A DNA stretch of 63,950 nt, counting the filler, from Choristocarpus tenellus KU-1152 (Eukaryota; Protista; Phaeophyceae), in assembly GCA_964200185.2 (NCBI GenBank). It is 14 parts of 14 records of this genome, joined end to end, with 100 filler letters (N's around TTAATTAATTAA, not from the genome) between each part and the next. Parts side by side here need not be neighbours in the genome. Positions count along the whole stretch, not along the records: positions 51,955 to 60,943 come from CAXNAD020004111.1; positions 61,044 to 63,950 come from CAXNAD020023743.1; 12 more parts are not named here. The stretch is one strand, 5' to 3'. Made by a program: the position numbers and the translations under genes. Below the pieces are notes generated by a model. That model had not been told where the DNA came from. It worked only from the letters and a program-made list of their open reading frames with translations, and did not search any database. This document shows, one piece after another, positions 52,111 to 63,016 of this stretch; within the stretch, counting starts at the first letter, position 1, and each line of letters starts with the position of its first letter.

Positions 52111-55100
52111 GATGTGGATGAGTTCCTGTCTGTGTTTCTAGATAGACTGGAGAGACAGCTCATGCCGCTGCCACAAAAGAGCCTTCTTGAGCATGTCTTT
52201 GGGTGAGAAGAGGGAGTTTGTAGGGTCTAGAATGGCGGTCTCATTCTGGCAATTGTGTTTTTTATGCCTTATATGTGTTTGGACACTGTAAGTCTTTTTT
52301 TTGTATCTTTTGCCCTACTATGTTCATGACAGGTATAATAATAATAATAGTGAGTTTGTGCTAGTGCTACGGAAGTAGGTGTTTGTATTATCTTAGGGTT
52401 AGGGTTAAGCATCCACTACAGCACAGGGTAGGGAGTGGTTTGATGGAAGTGTGTTATTTAGAGCTCTGTCAGATTTATAGGTTAATGTTGTTGATAAAAT
52501 GTTCTCTGAGTTAGGTTTTGTCTTTGAACATGACATCCTTCATGCTACATGCAGTATATAGATTAATGCTATTGGTAGTATGTTCTTAGTCAGGTGTTGT
52601 CTTTGATCATGGAATCCTTCATGCTACATGTGGTGAAGGCAATGCTATGTATAAGGTTAGGGTTAGGTATGGTACCCCCAAGTATTTCACCACAAATACT
52701 TTGAAAATGAAATTCAGAATTCCGTTTTAGGAAATGTTTTGCAGATTTGTTCTGAATCTTGATTGTTTTTGTGGAGGTTGGGTTGTTATAGTGTGTTGAT
52801 GGTGACAAATGATGCAGAAGTAATAGAAATATTTCGTAATACTAACCCTAACCCTAACCTTAACTCGAGTTAAAATAATGGATCCTCCTATTGGTCTAAA
52901 TATTACCTTTCACAACGTACACCTTTTCGTATGTATGTACATCTTACAGTTACAACTTTGCCAGTAATCAAAACATATGTATATATATACATATTTTATC
53001 CTTTTTTTTCAGACACACCTTCCCAACTGCTCTCCATACCTCATCAAGCGCTCTCGCATGAAATAGCCCCTTTTTATTTATTTTCTTATTTGCCCGCGTT
53101 AATGTGACGTGATTGGACAGGGGACGGCTGTGTAACCAGCTGATTGGTCAAGAAACTGAGGGGGAGGGATGCCCTCATGTCAGCGAGAGGGAAGAGGACT
53201 TTTTTGTTCTGAGTCTGGAGGTGAAGGGGAAGAGGAGCATCACAGACAGCCTGCAGTTGTATGTGGAGGGCGAGGTCAGTTGGTCTTTTGGGAGGTTTTT
53301 GTTGATGATGTGAAGGCGTCTGTATTTGTAGTATTTTTGTTGGTTGATGTCTTTTAGTAGTAAGTCAGTTGCATTTCATTTTCAGTCTGTGTAGTGATTG
53401 GTGTAGTTACCACTGTGCAAGAACAAGAAGCTGTTGGTGGTGTGTGTCTTAGTGTTCCTTCTTGTTTGTCATACCGTTAGGGGTATATACCATACCGTTT
53501 TAACTTATTTATTTACTGATTACTGTTATTCGGAGAAGGTTTTGATTTGCTGAAGAACTTGTTTACTTTTATTGAATTTCTTCAAAAAAAAAAATGTTCT
53601 CCTTTCTGAAATAATAAAGAAAATAATCTTATTTTTTTGAAAAAATCTTATTTTCTACGATCTATTTTTTTGCCAAGAGTTTGATAGCGTGCTTTTATGA
53701 TTGTAATTGTTTTAATATATATATATATATATCGAGAGATAGAGAGTGATGGTGTCTTGAGTATGTTCTTTTCCAGGAATATCAGCATTTGTTCTTTTTA
53801 GTAGTACAATTTATATTTTGTTTAATGGGCAGGTCTTGGAGATAACAAAAGTAATACACCGAATTTGGAATTAAAAAAATGTTTCTAATATATATATATA
53901 TATGATTTATTTTTGTTTAATGGGCAGGTCTTGGATGGAGATAACAAGTTTCACTGTGATCCGTGTGGTAAGAAGAGGGCAACACTGAAGAGAGCCTGCA
54001 TCTCACACCTTCCGAACGTACTCATACTGCACCTCAAGCGTTTTGAATTTGATTTTGAACTGATGCGAAAGGTGAGAGTGAAGTGGAACAATAAATAATA
54101 ATAATAATAATAAGAAGAAGAATAACAAGAAGAGGGAAGAATAGGAATAGAAATAGAAATAGAAACCCTCTTGTTTGTTGGGGGTGCATTGTATTGTAAT
54201 ATTCTCGTTGCTCCGGTTAGGGTTAGGGTTAGGGTTGGTACTCAATGAGGATTGTAGAATAGGAAGGCGTTATATTGGTGATGCACAGTGGTGGTTAGGG
54301 TTAGGGTTAGGGTTGGTACTCAATGAGGATAGTGCAATAGGAAGGCGGTACATTGGTGATGCACAGTGGTGGTGGTGTAACTGTAGGACTGGTATCACTA
54401 GGACTGAGATTGAAGTACTGTCAATGTTGTAATACTGTTACCATTGTAGGATTAGATATATTCTATTGACACAGTGGTACTGGCACTGAGGTAATGTTAC
54501 TTTTAGTTGTCTGTCAGATTGGCACTCTATCAGTGGTACTATAGGACTGGTGTAGTACTGTTGATCTATGGACTGGTACACCTGGAGGGCAGACACTCAA
54601 ATTCTGGGACTGTACTGCTGGTGGTGTAGGACTGGTTCTGAGGTAGTGGTACTGATGGTGGACTGGTAACCCAGTACTGGTAGTAAATATCATAGACTGG
54701 TAAAAGTTAAAGTTATTATATTATAGTTCAGTGTTAAAAGTACCCAAAAGTTAATGTACCCAGTACATGTACATTAGAAGATGGTCTTGGTCTTGGGTGA
54801 TTGTCAAGGCAAAGGTAGGGGAGACAGGTGGGGGGTGATTCTTGGTTATGTCGATGTTTGTTTGTTCCCTCTTTTTTTATTATCTTTGTGTTGATGGTCA
54901 TTGGGTGCAATAGGTGAAGGTAAATGATCTCTGTAAGTTTCCGATGGAACTGGACATGCGTCCGTACACCAAGGAGGGGCTTGAAAGAGAGCAAGGACAG
55001 GGGTGTTTCCAAGACAGGAATGACCTGAAAGGTGACTATTAATATGACTATTAACATGCAAGCACGACACTGTTGTGTTTGTGGTGTTACCATACATATA

Positions 55101-58100
55101 TATATAATTGTGGGGTTATTATGAGTGTTATTGTGAAGGTGATTTTGAATGATATTATTAGGGTTATTATGAATGTTATTAAGGTTATTTTGAATGTTTC
55201 TATGAAGTTTCTTATTAATGTTATTATGAAGGTAATTTTGAATGCATTGTTAATGTTATTATGAAGGTTGTCAATGTTACTGTGAAGGTTATTATTAATG
55301 TTATTTTGAATGTCATTAAGGTTATTTTGAATGTATTATTAAGGTTATTTTGAATGTATTGTTAATGTTATTATGAGGGTTATTGTGAAGGTTGTCAATG
55401 TTACTATGAAGGTTATTATTAATGTTATTTTGAATGCCATTAAGGTTATTTTGAATGTATTGTTAATGTTATTATGAAGGTTGTCAATGTTACTATGAAG
55501 GTTATTATTAAGGTTATTTTGAATGTATTATTAAGGTTATTGGTGGCGGGAATACAAAAGATGCTTGATTTTTGCATGTCATCACCTTCCCTCTCCTGCC
55601 TTTTCACACACACCTCATACCTCTTTTGTACAAGCAGATTGTAGACTGTTGCTGTAGATTTTATTTTTTTTATTACTTTATTGATGTAGATTTTATTTTT
55701 TATATCTCTTTCTTAGGGTTAGGGTTAGACCTTCTGTTTGACCTGTGTTTGATTTATGAACATATATACATATAAATAAATATATATAAATATAAATATA
55801 TTTCATTCATGTGCGGTTTGTGTAAAATTGAATTTTATTTTTTTCAGTTGGGAAATATTTTCTTGGAAGGGTTAGGGTTAGGGCATACAGGGTGTGCATT
55901 GTACGATAGATAGACTATCGTGTAGAACAGTGGGATGCCCCTGTATTCCTATTTCTATGCATCTGTATGTGAGGGCTAGGGCCAATTAACAGATGGGTCC
56001 TGAAAAGCAAAGAGGTTATGTTCTCCATGTGGTGATTGTCAGGTATCTTACCTTAATGTCTCTATACCATGTGTGTATCCTTTGAAAAAAAAAAATGGTC
56101 TTTGTTAGGTATCTTAGTATGTCTAAACCATCTTTGTATACATTAATTTTTAAAAGTTGTCTTTGTCAGGTATCTTAATATGTCTCTATACCATGTGTGT
56201 ATACTTTTAGTTTTAAAGATTCCCTATCCTTTTATTTTTTTCTTGAGATCCTAAAGAGTCACTTGTAGACCATTTATTAAGATTATTAATATTCTCTTTT
56301 GTTTGGTACAAAATATACATAATATATATTATGTATATATATACATTTTGTTGGTGTTGTAGCTGAATTATGGGGTTAAGGTTAGGTAGATGGCGCTTGA
56401 TGCATTTTTAGGGTTAGGGTTAGGGTTAGAAGACAGGCGAGAAGTGACTGTGGAGAGAACTGTCCTCATTGACTTGATGAGGAACATGATTTTTTTCTTT
56501 TTGTAACTCTTAGAACAAGTGCAACTACCTTTTTTATTTTCTTAATACAGGCTGAGAACAGGAATCTCCCACTGACTGTATCCCGAACCCTACCCCTAAA
56601 AATATTTTTATCTATTTTGGTAGTCCTATCTCTTACAGGTACTACTCTGGTGCTTTCCACAATGGTAAACCTGACCCTTGTGTAGAGTCAGCCCTTACCC
56701 TAGGTCTAACAACATGCCTGACCCTAACCCTAACACTATTCTAATTTGATATCCCTCATTTCTAACTCTCTTTCGTGTATACCCTCAACCCTAACACTAA
56801 TATATTTTTGAGCTTGAACCATTTTACTGCCGTTAGCCCTAACACTAGCCTCTGTACTCTCTCCACTGGTGCAAAAGGGGTGGAAGAGGGGGATTCATAC
56901 TACATATACCATCTCGCAGGCGTGTTGGTTCACACTGGTACAGCAGACTCCGGCCATTACTACAGTTACATCAAGGAACGGTCATCTCTGGTGAGGAGTC
57001 TTTTATCTTTTTTTATTTCCAGTGATGGAGATAAGGACATTGAGGTTTGAGTCCATTTTGGATGTTTCACTACGGCAAAAGAGGTAGTAGCGAGGGGAAA
57101 GGGAGGTAGCAAGCGTTAAGACATCCTTTTCAATGAGGGTTAGGGTTAGTGTTAGGGTTAAGACATATGTTTCAATGAGAATGGTGTCTGCACTATTTGA
57201 TGTCGCCCTAGGTGTGACTACATTTGTATGTTGTCCCCTATCCCCTCAAATTAGTGGCAGGAGTAGAAAGGGATGGAGGATCAGGGGCGAGCAACATATC
57301 TGTTTGGTTAACTAAGACCAGAATAGTTTATAGTATCTATCTGAGTATGTATTCATATACTTAGGGTTAGGGTTATCATAAACTCAGCAGTGGAAATGTA
57401 TCGATTTATGTATTTTTATTATTTATATATTAATGTGTATATATGTGCCCAATCGCCCATCCTGGACCCTACTTGACCTTGTACTGTACTCCCCTGGTCC
57501 GTGTGTTAAACTGACTTTTGAGGGTATAGCAATGAGAGATGATACCTTTTTTCTGGCACAATGGAATTGCATCAGAAATGCCCATGTTGTAATATATTGA
57601 CGCAACCTTACGTACCTCGATAAACCCTAACCCTAACCCCTGACTCTCTTTAGAAGAGGAGTGATTGAAAGGTGACTCCGCATCAGCCATACTGGATACA
57701 AAGGTCGTTTCTTGATCATCACATTGTACCCTAAACCCTAACCCTAAAGTACTATAACCCCATCCGCAACCCTAACCCTTATCATTATCCCTATCCCTAA
57801 TCCCGAATCACCACTGTCCCTCCCTCCCTCCACCACAGGGTGAGGTGACCTGATTTAGCCCCAAAATACCTCAGGTACAACCCTAACCCTAATGCCTAAA
57901 AAAACTCACATACAACCCTAGCCCTAGTCCCTAAAAAAAAAACTCAGGTACAATCCTAACCCTAATCCCGAATCTCTCCCTCTCCCCCGTCTCTCCCTCC
58001 CTCCCTCCCTCCCTCCCTCCTGCCACCACAGGGTGGAGGCGATGGTAGGTGGCTCTCCTTCAACGATGCGATCGTGATGCCCTTTGACCCGGCCCACCTG

Positions 58101-60943
58101 CCACGCAGCTGCTATGGGGGTTACAGTCCCGGGGTCGGGGGGAGGGGGATGTCCGTGAAGCAGTTCTCAGCGTATATGCTCATCTATGAGAGGAGAAGCG
58201 TCATGCCGCCCAATCCAAAAACGCGTCCACATCTGTCGCCGCCTGATGTGCCTGTGACGGGCGCTGCTGGGCCCGGTGATTGCAGTGGCCGGGGAGGGGG
58301 GGAGGGGAAGGGGAAGGGAAAGGGGGGTGAGGAGTCGGGCGGGGTTGGTGGGGGGAGGGGGGGGGATGGGAGGGAGTGGGTGCCAAAGTGGTCTGGTGTT
58401 GAAAATCCGTCGGAGCTGGTTCCTCCTTCTGTGTTCCAGGTTAGGGTTAGGGTTATTTTGTGTGTGTGTGTGTGTTTTGTTTTGTTTTTGAGGTTATGGT
58501 GGGTTTCCTTGGAGGGCTTTTTGTGTTATGGATTGGGGTGGTTAGGGTTAGGGTTAGGGTGATCGGTTGGGAAAGGGTTTGATGGTATGGGGTTTACTTA
58601 CTGTACAGTGATTAGATCGGTGTGTGTAGGGTTAGGGTTAGGGTTAGGGTTAGTTGGTTTTGGGAGTGGTTTGACAGTGTGAGTTATACCTTGGTGAAGA
58701 AAATTTACTTGAGTATTTATATTAATAGTATATATATTAGTAGTATTTGTTTAAATTGTAACCGTAAGAATGAGACGATCAGAAGCTAGATCACATTATT
58801 TTTATTATTATTATTATTCCAAAGTGGAGGGGAGCTTTCCCAGTCTCCCAAAGAACGTTTTTTGGGTAGGGGAGGGTGAGAGCTCCGTTTAGCTTTCTTT
58901 TTCTGTGCTTTGTAGATGATACTACATAGATGATAGACGATAGTAGATAGTAGATGATAGCTCTGTTGGAAAAGAACATATTTTTCTTATTTTCCGATCT
59001 CTTCAAATTGGTTTGGAGGTTGAAGGAGAAGGAGGGAGGGGGGGATGATGATAGTATGGTGATAGTATGGTAATATCAATGAGATTGTGTTACTTACTAG
59101 TGAATTGCTACTTTAAGTGTAGCAATTGTTACTATTGTCTTCAAGGGGAAGAGGTCTGTCTTCTCTGGAGGCATGCATTTGTGAGAAGATCTTTGCTCAG
59201 GGCACAATATGGTTTTTAGAACATAGTAGGTCAACCCATCTACCCATGTGCTGTAAGCTTCAAGCTATTCATCACGTTCTATTGAGCACTAGTAGGCAAG
59301 ATAGTTATGTAGACGGTAGTATCAACTATACGGTGGTCAATTGCACTCTCTACTGGGCACCACAGAGCGCCACAGGGTAAGATTGTCGGTCGAGCCTGAT
59401 GACCTGCTACAGCTCTAGTTGACCTTATTCATGGCCTATACAGGCAGAAAGAAAGAAAGTATTTCCCTTGTTCACCTTTGCAGGCATTTTGACTGGCGAG
59501 GCACCTGTTCCAACTGCCGTAGTGAACAAGCCTGATGCCCCCCATAGTGTCCTCTCACCCTTTTGTAAACCATAACCCTAACCCTCATCTGTGGGGGCAG
59601 GCGTGTTGGCAAGAAAATCGACTCTTCCTGAGGGACAAAAACCTGTTCAGCAGAGAGTACCTTGGCTGGATCTCGGAGCTCGTCTCCCTCCTTCCCCCTC
59701 CCCCCACCCCATGCAGGTATTCCTCCAATGTGTATCATGCCACCGTGGCTAGCAGTAACCCACCGGGGGGCGCTGAAGTCCCAGCGTCGCCTGTAGCAGG
59801 TTCGGACGCTTCTGTTGGGGAAGGGGGAGGCCAGAGTGTGGAAGGGGAGGACGCTGAGGGTAGGGTGGGTGGCGGGGACGTTGGAGAGGGGGGTGACCTC
59901 GAGCTTTCGATGGTTAAGACAATGGTTTACATAGTGCTGGACACAGTGTCGACGTCTAAGGACAAGAGTAGGCTGTTGGAGTTCTTGGACTACCTCATGC
60001 GATGGTGTTCTGTGAGCAGGGAGGCGTGCGAGTGGGTGTTGTTGCAGGTGATTGAGTTCTTTGAACCGGTTTGAGTATGTATCTATGATTGGCATCGTAA
60101 AGTCCAAGTAGTGTATTTTATTTATTTATTTTTCTGCGAGGAGTGATCTCTCGACACGCTCGCTTTTTTTGTATTTTTTGGAGTTTATTGGTGTGGACAT
60201 AAAAGCCCTAACCCTAACCCTAACCCTTGATATATTTCGTACAGGGTTGAGTGGACATTGAGGTATGATTTGGTATGTCCGGTGTTTTTTTGTTATTCTT
60301 TTGGTGTGCAGATGTTAGGGTTAGGGTTAGGGTTTTAACTTGTTCGTATAAACCCTTTTGCTATTTGAGTACCACCAGTGGTGCCTTTAGTAGCACGGAC
60401 ATTTACAGGGAGTTGTCCGAAATGGGGCTAACTTTGTTCCGATCATCTGATATAAACATCGACAACACTATTAACAACACTATCAACAATATTGACAACA
60501 CTGTCAACAACACGATTAACACTATCAACAACACTATCAACAACATTGACAACGCTATCAACAATACTGTGTATGAACATCGACAACACGATTAATAACA
60601 CTATCAACAACATTGACAACGCTATCAACAACACTGTGTATCATGGCAGATGACCAGAAACAACCACTGGCAGTTCAACCTTCTCCTGCAGTGTACTGTA
60701 CCTTTCGTAAGAGAGCAGTTTGTTCTCCTCTGTGTACAGCTATGCAGATACATGGCACCCCTTGAGAGAAGCATCTACTATAAAGAGGATGTCTCCATTG
60801 GTGAGAAGCAATACCTCTGTGCCATGCCTATAGTGAACACTGCAGGGGAGGCGGCAGGTGGAGACTATTCCCCGGGAGGGGGGCAACCAGAGGCTGGTGA
60901 TGGGGCAGCGCAGGGAGTGGCTCAAGAGGCTGCAAGGCAGGGG
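52111..60943 (+). CDS. Ubiquitin-specific protease (peptidase C19, USP9X/USP24/USP34-like), partial, 8 exons
   Basis: Exons 52111-52202 (DVDEFLSVFLDRLE), 53121-53274 (CPHVSEREEDF..LSLEVK), 53928-54071 (DNKFHCDPC..LPNVLILHLKRFEFD), 54914-55031 (KVND..FPMELDMRPYT), 56878-56990 (LAGVLVHTGTADSGHYYSYIKER, His box), 58032-58439 (WLSFND..SAYMLIYER), 59601-60047 and 60650-60943. All intron phases are compatible. Confidence 0.95.
54214..54372. repeat. Tandem duplication of about 78 bp, each unit headed by (TTAGGG)3
   Basis: GGTTAGGGTTAGGGTTAGGGTTGGTACTCAATGAGGAT...GGTGATGCACAGTGGTGG appears twice. Confidence 0.9.
55112..55541. repeat. AT-rich minisatellite (TTATTATGAAGG/TTATTTTGAATG units) in an intron
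   Basis: More than 30 imperfect units of about 12 bp. Confidence 0.9.
60452..60640. repeat. Minisatellite (AACAACACTATC-like 12-mer) abutting a splice acceptor
   Basis: Repeated AACAACA(C/T)(T/G)AT units end about 10 nt before the AG at 60648-60649. Confidence 0.88.
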
Positions 60944-62558
60944 NNNNNNNNNNNNNNNNNNNNNNNNNNNNNNNNNNNNNNNNNNNNTTAATTAATTAAN
61001 NNNNNNNNNNNNNNNNNNNNNNNNNNNNNNNNNNNNNNNNNNNCTAACCCCGGCGCGGAAATCCGTTTTTTTTTTTTTTTTTTGGGGGGGGGGGAGGAGG
61101 GGGGGAAGGGGTGTTCATGACAGGGTCATAGAATTGCCCGTCGGGGTCTGCATGCCCAGGCAGCTACTACAAAGAAGGCTAAATATGGTTCAGGAGTCAC
61201 ACATATTTCAAATTAGAAGCACTATAAAGAGAGAAACTGATGGGTCGCACGCTTTGAATTAATACTCATGTACCAGGAAAGCAGGAAGAGAGTGAGACTG
61301 GTCACATAGTGAGGGAGGGACGCCTTCCAAGAAATCACCTTCTTGCACTGCTGTCCTAATGAGACCATCAACATGACAATCACCCTTCTCTATAGAGTGG
61401 TTCCTGTATCAAGCTGAAGAGCCATGTCAGTAATCCCTTACTGGTGAACACTACCATATGTGTGTGTGTCTTACTGAGTGCCTGTCCCTACCATGTTTTT
61501 TTTTCTAGTGAGAAACCATCACGAAAAATAAACAAAATCTTTATCTGACGTTGGAAATCAAGGGGTTACATCCAGTTGTTGTTTTTTTGGCACATATGAA
61601 CACTGCATGGTCTCTACTCAAGGCACTGCATATTTTGATAAGGATAAGAGTGCATTGAAGGTCTTTGGTCACTTCAATCTATGGACCTCTACTTCCCAAA
61701 CCATCCATTGAAAATATTCAACTCTTCACAGCAGAGTTCTTCTGCAACAAATAACTTGCAGCACAAGTGATGCCTGCTTCAGTATTCAAGACAGGTTTGA
61801 GGATAACATCTGATATGCTCAACAAGTGTTGGTGTTCAGGAAGAACCATGGTCCACCCAACATCAACAACATGACAGGATAACGTAAATAACCTGGTTAC
61901 TCGAAGGGTGATTGAAGAGGCTGCAACACATCAAAATCTTGAGAGCAACAGTAAATATCAAACACAATTTTAATATTAAGAACACATCCATTCAAATGCC
62001 AGGATCTGCTACTCACAGGAATGATGCACCAGGAGGAAATAAGTAGGGTGGGNNNNNNNNNNGGTTCGGCGAGCGGAGGGGCATGAGGAGGGGGGGGGCA
62101 GGCGCGCCACATCGGCTCAAGAAACGTGCAAAGAACACTAGGTACAAATATCCCTCAGCTCCAGACTAGAAGCTCTGGGATCCCAACCAAGAGGGCTTCA
62201 ACCTGTCCCAGTCCGCCAATCAGATCATACCTCGTTTGGGCGTGTCCGATGACCTGGTTCGTACTCTGGCTTTCCCCACACTGGGTCGAACAAGATAATA
62301 CCACTTTCGTACTCATCCTGATCCACACCATTCCCCCCTTTGCCCTCTCCCCTCTCCTCATCTACCGCGAGCAAAGGGTATGCATTGCAATTCGAGAAGG
62401 TCCAATATGAGAGGGAAAAAATAGAAGGCAGCAACATTCCTTGACCAGGAAATATCAACCAGTTTCCTCCTTATTGTTTGGAAAGAGAAACACTGAGGGG
62501 CAGGTATCAAGATTGTAAGTAGAACAGCATCACACATGGTGTATTCCAATCCTGTCAC

Positions 62559-63016
62559 CCATTTTGACGTAGAGGAGGGGGCTTGTGCGGCGTAAAATTC
62601 GCGCAAGTCGTCCTGATACAAAGCCCTTAGGCGTTCTCGAACTTTCATGCTTACAAGCGCACACTTCACTTCAACATGAAAGGCCATAGCTTCTTTGAGA
62701 TTCTTACCCAGCAGCCCAAGGGACGACATATTCCCGCTGTTTCCAACGTTACGCCACCCCGCCGATCGGCGATTCCCGCCGGCATCTGAGGCTGGTCGTC
62801 CTCGTGCGGGTGCACCAACTTCCCGTCTCAATGCACGCAGGATGTCCCCTTCATATTTCCACACAATGGAATAGTTATGCCCATTAGCAACAGCCAAAGG
62901 GTACGAGGTTGGATAATTTAATTAACTGTTGGCATGCAGGCGACTCTAATTTCGCGAGGTACGGGCCCACCGTGAAAGAGGAAGGATGCAAAGTTTGACA
63001 CAACTTGAAAGCACAT
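62559..63016 (-). CDS. Hypothetical protein, two putative exons
   Basis: Exons 63016-62971 and 62848-62559 join in frame (MCFQVVSNFASFLFHG-DILRALRREVGAP...DDLREFYAAQAP) across a GT..CTAAT..AG intron. The region is CpG-rich. No domain recognised. Confidence 0.4.

Noticed and set aside
52393-60334. True telomere or subtelomere
   Set aside because: Tracts are only 2-4 units long, occur in both orientations and lie inside introns.
5455-61043. Regularly recurring TTAATTAATTAA motif
   Set aside because: It is always centred in N runs of fixed length, so it is an artificial six-frame-stop linker.
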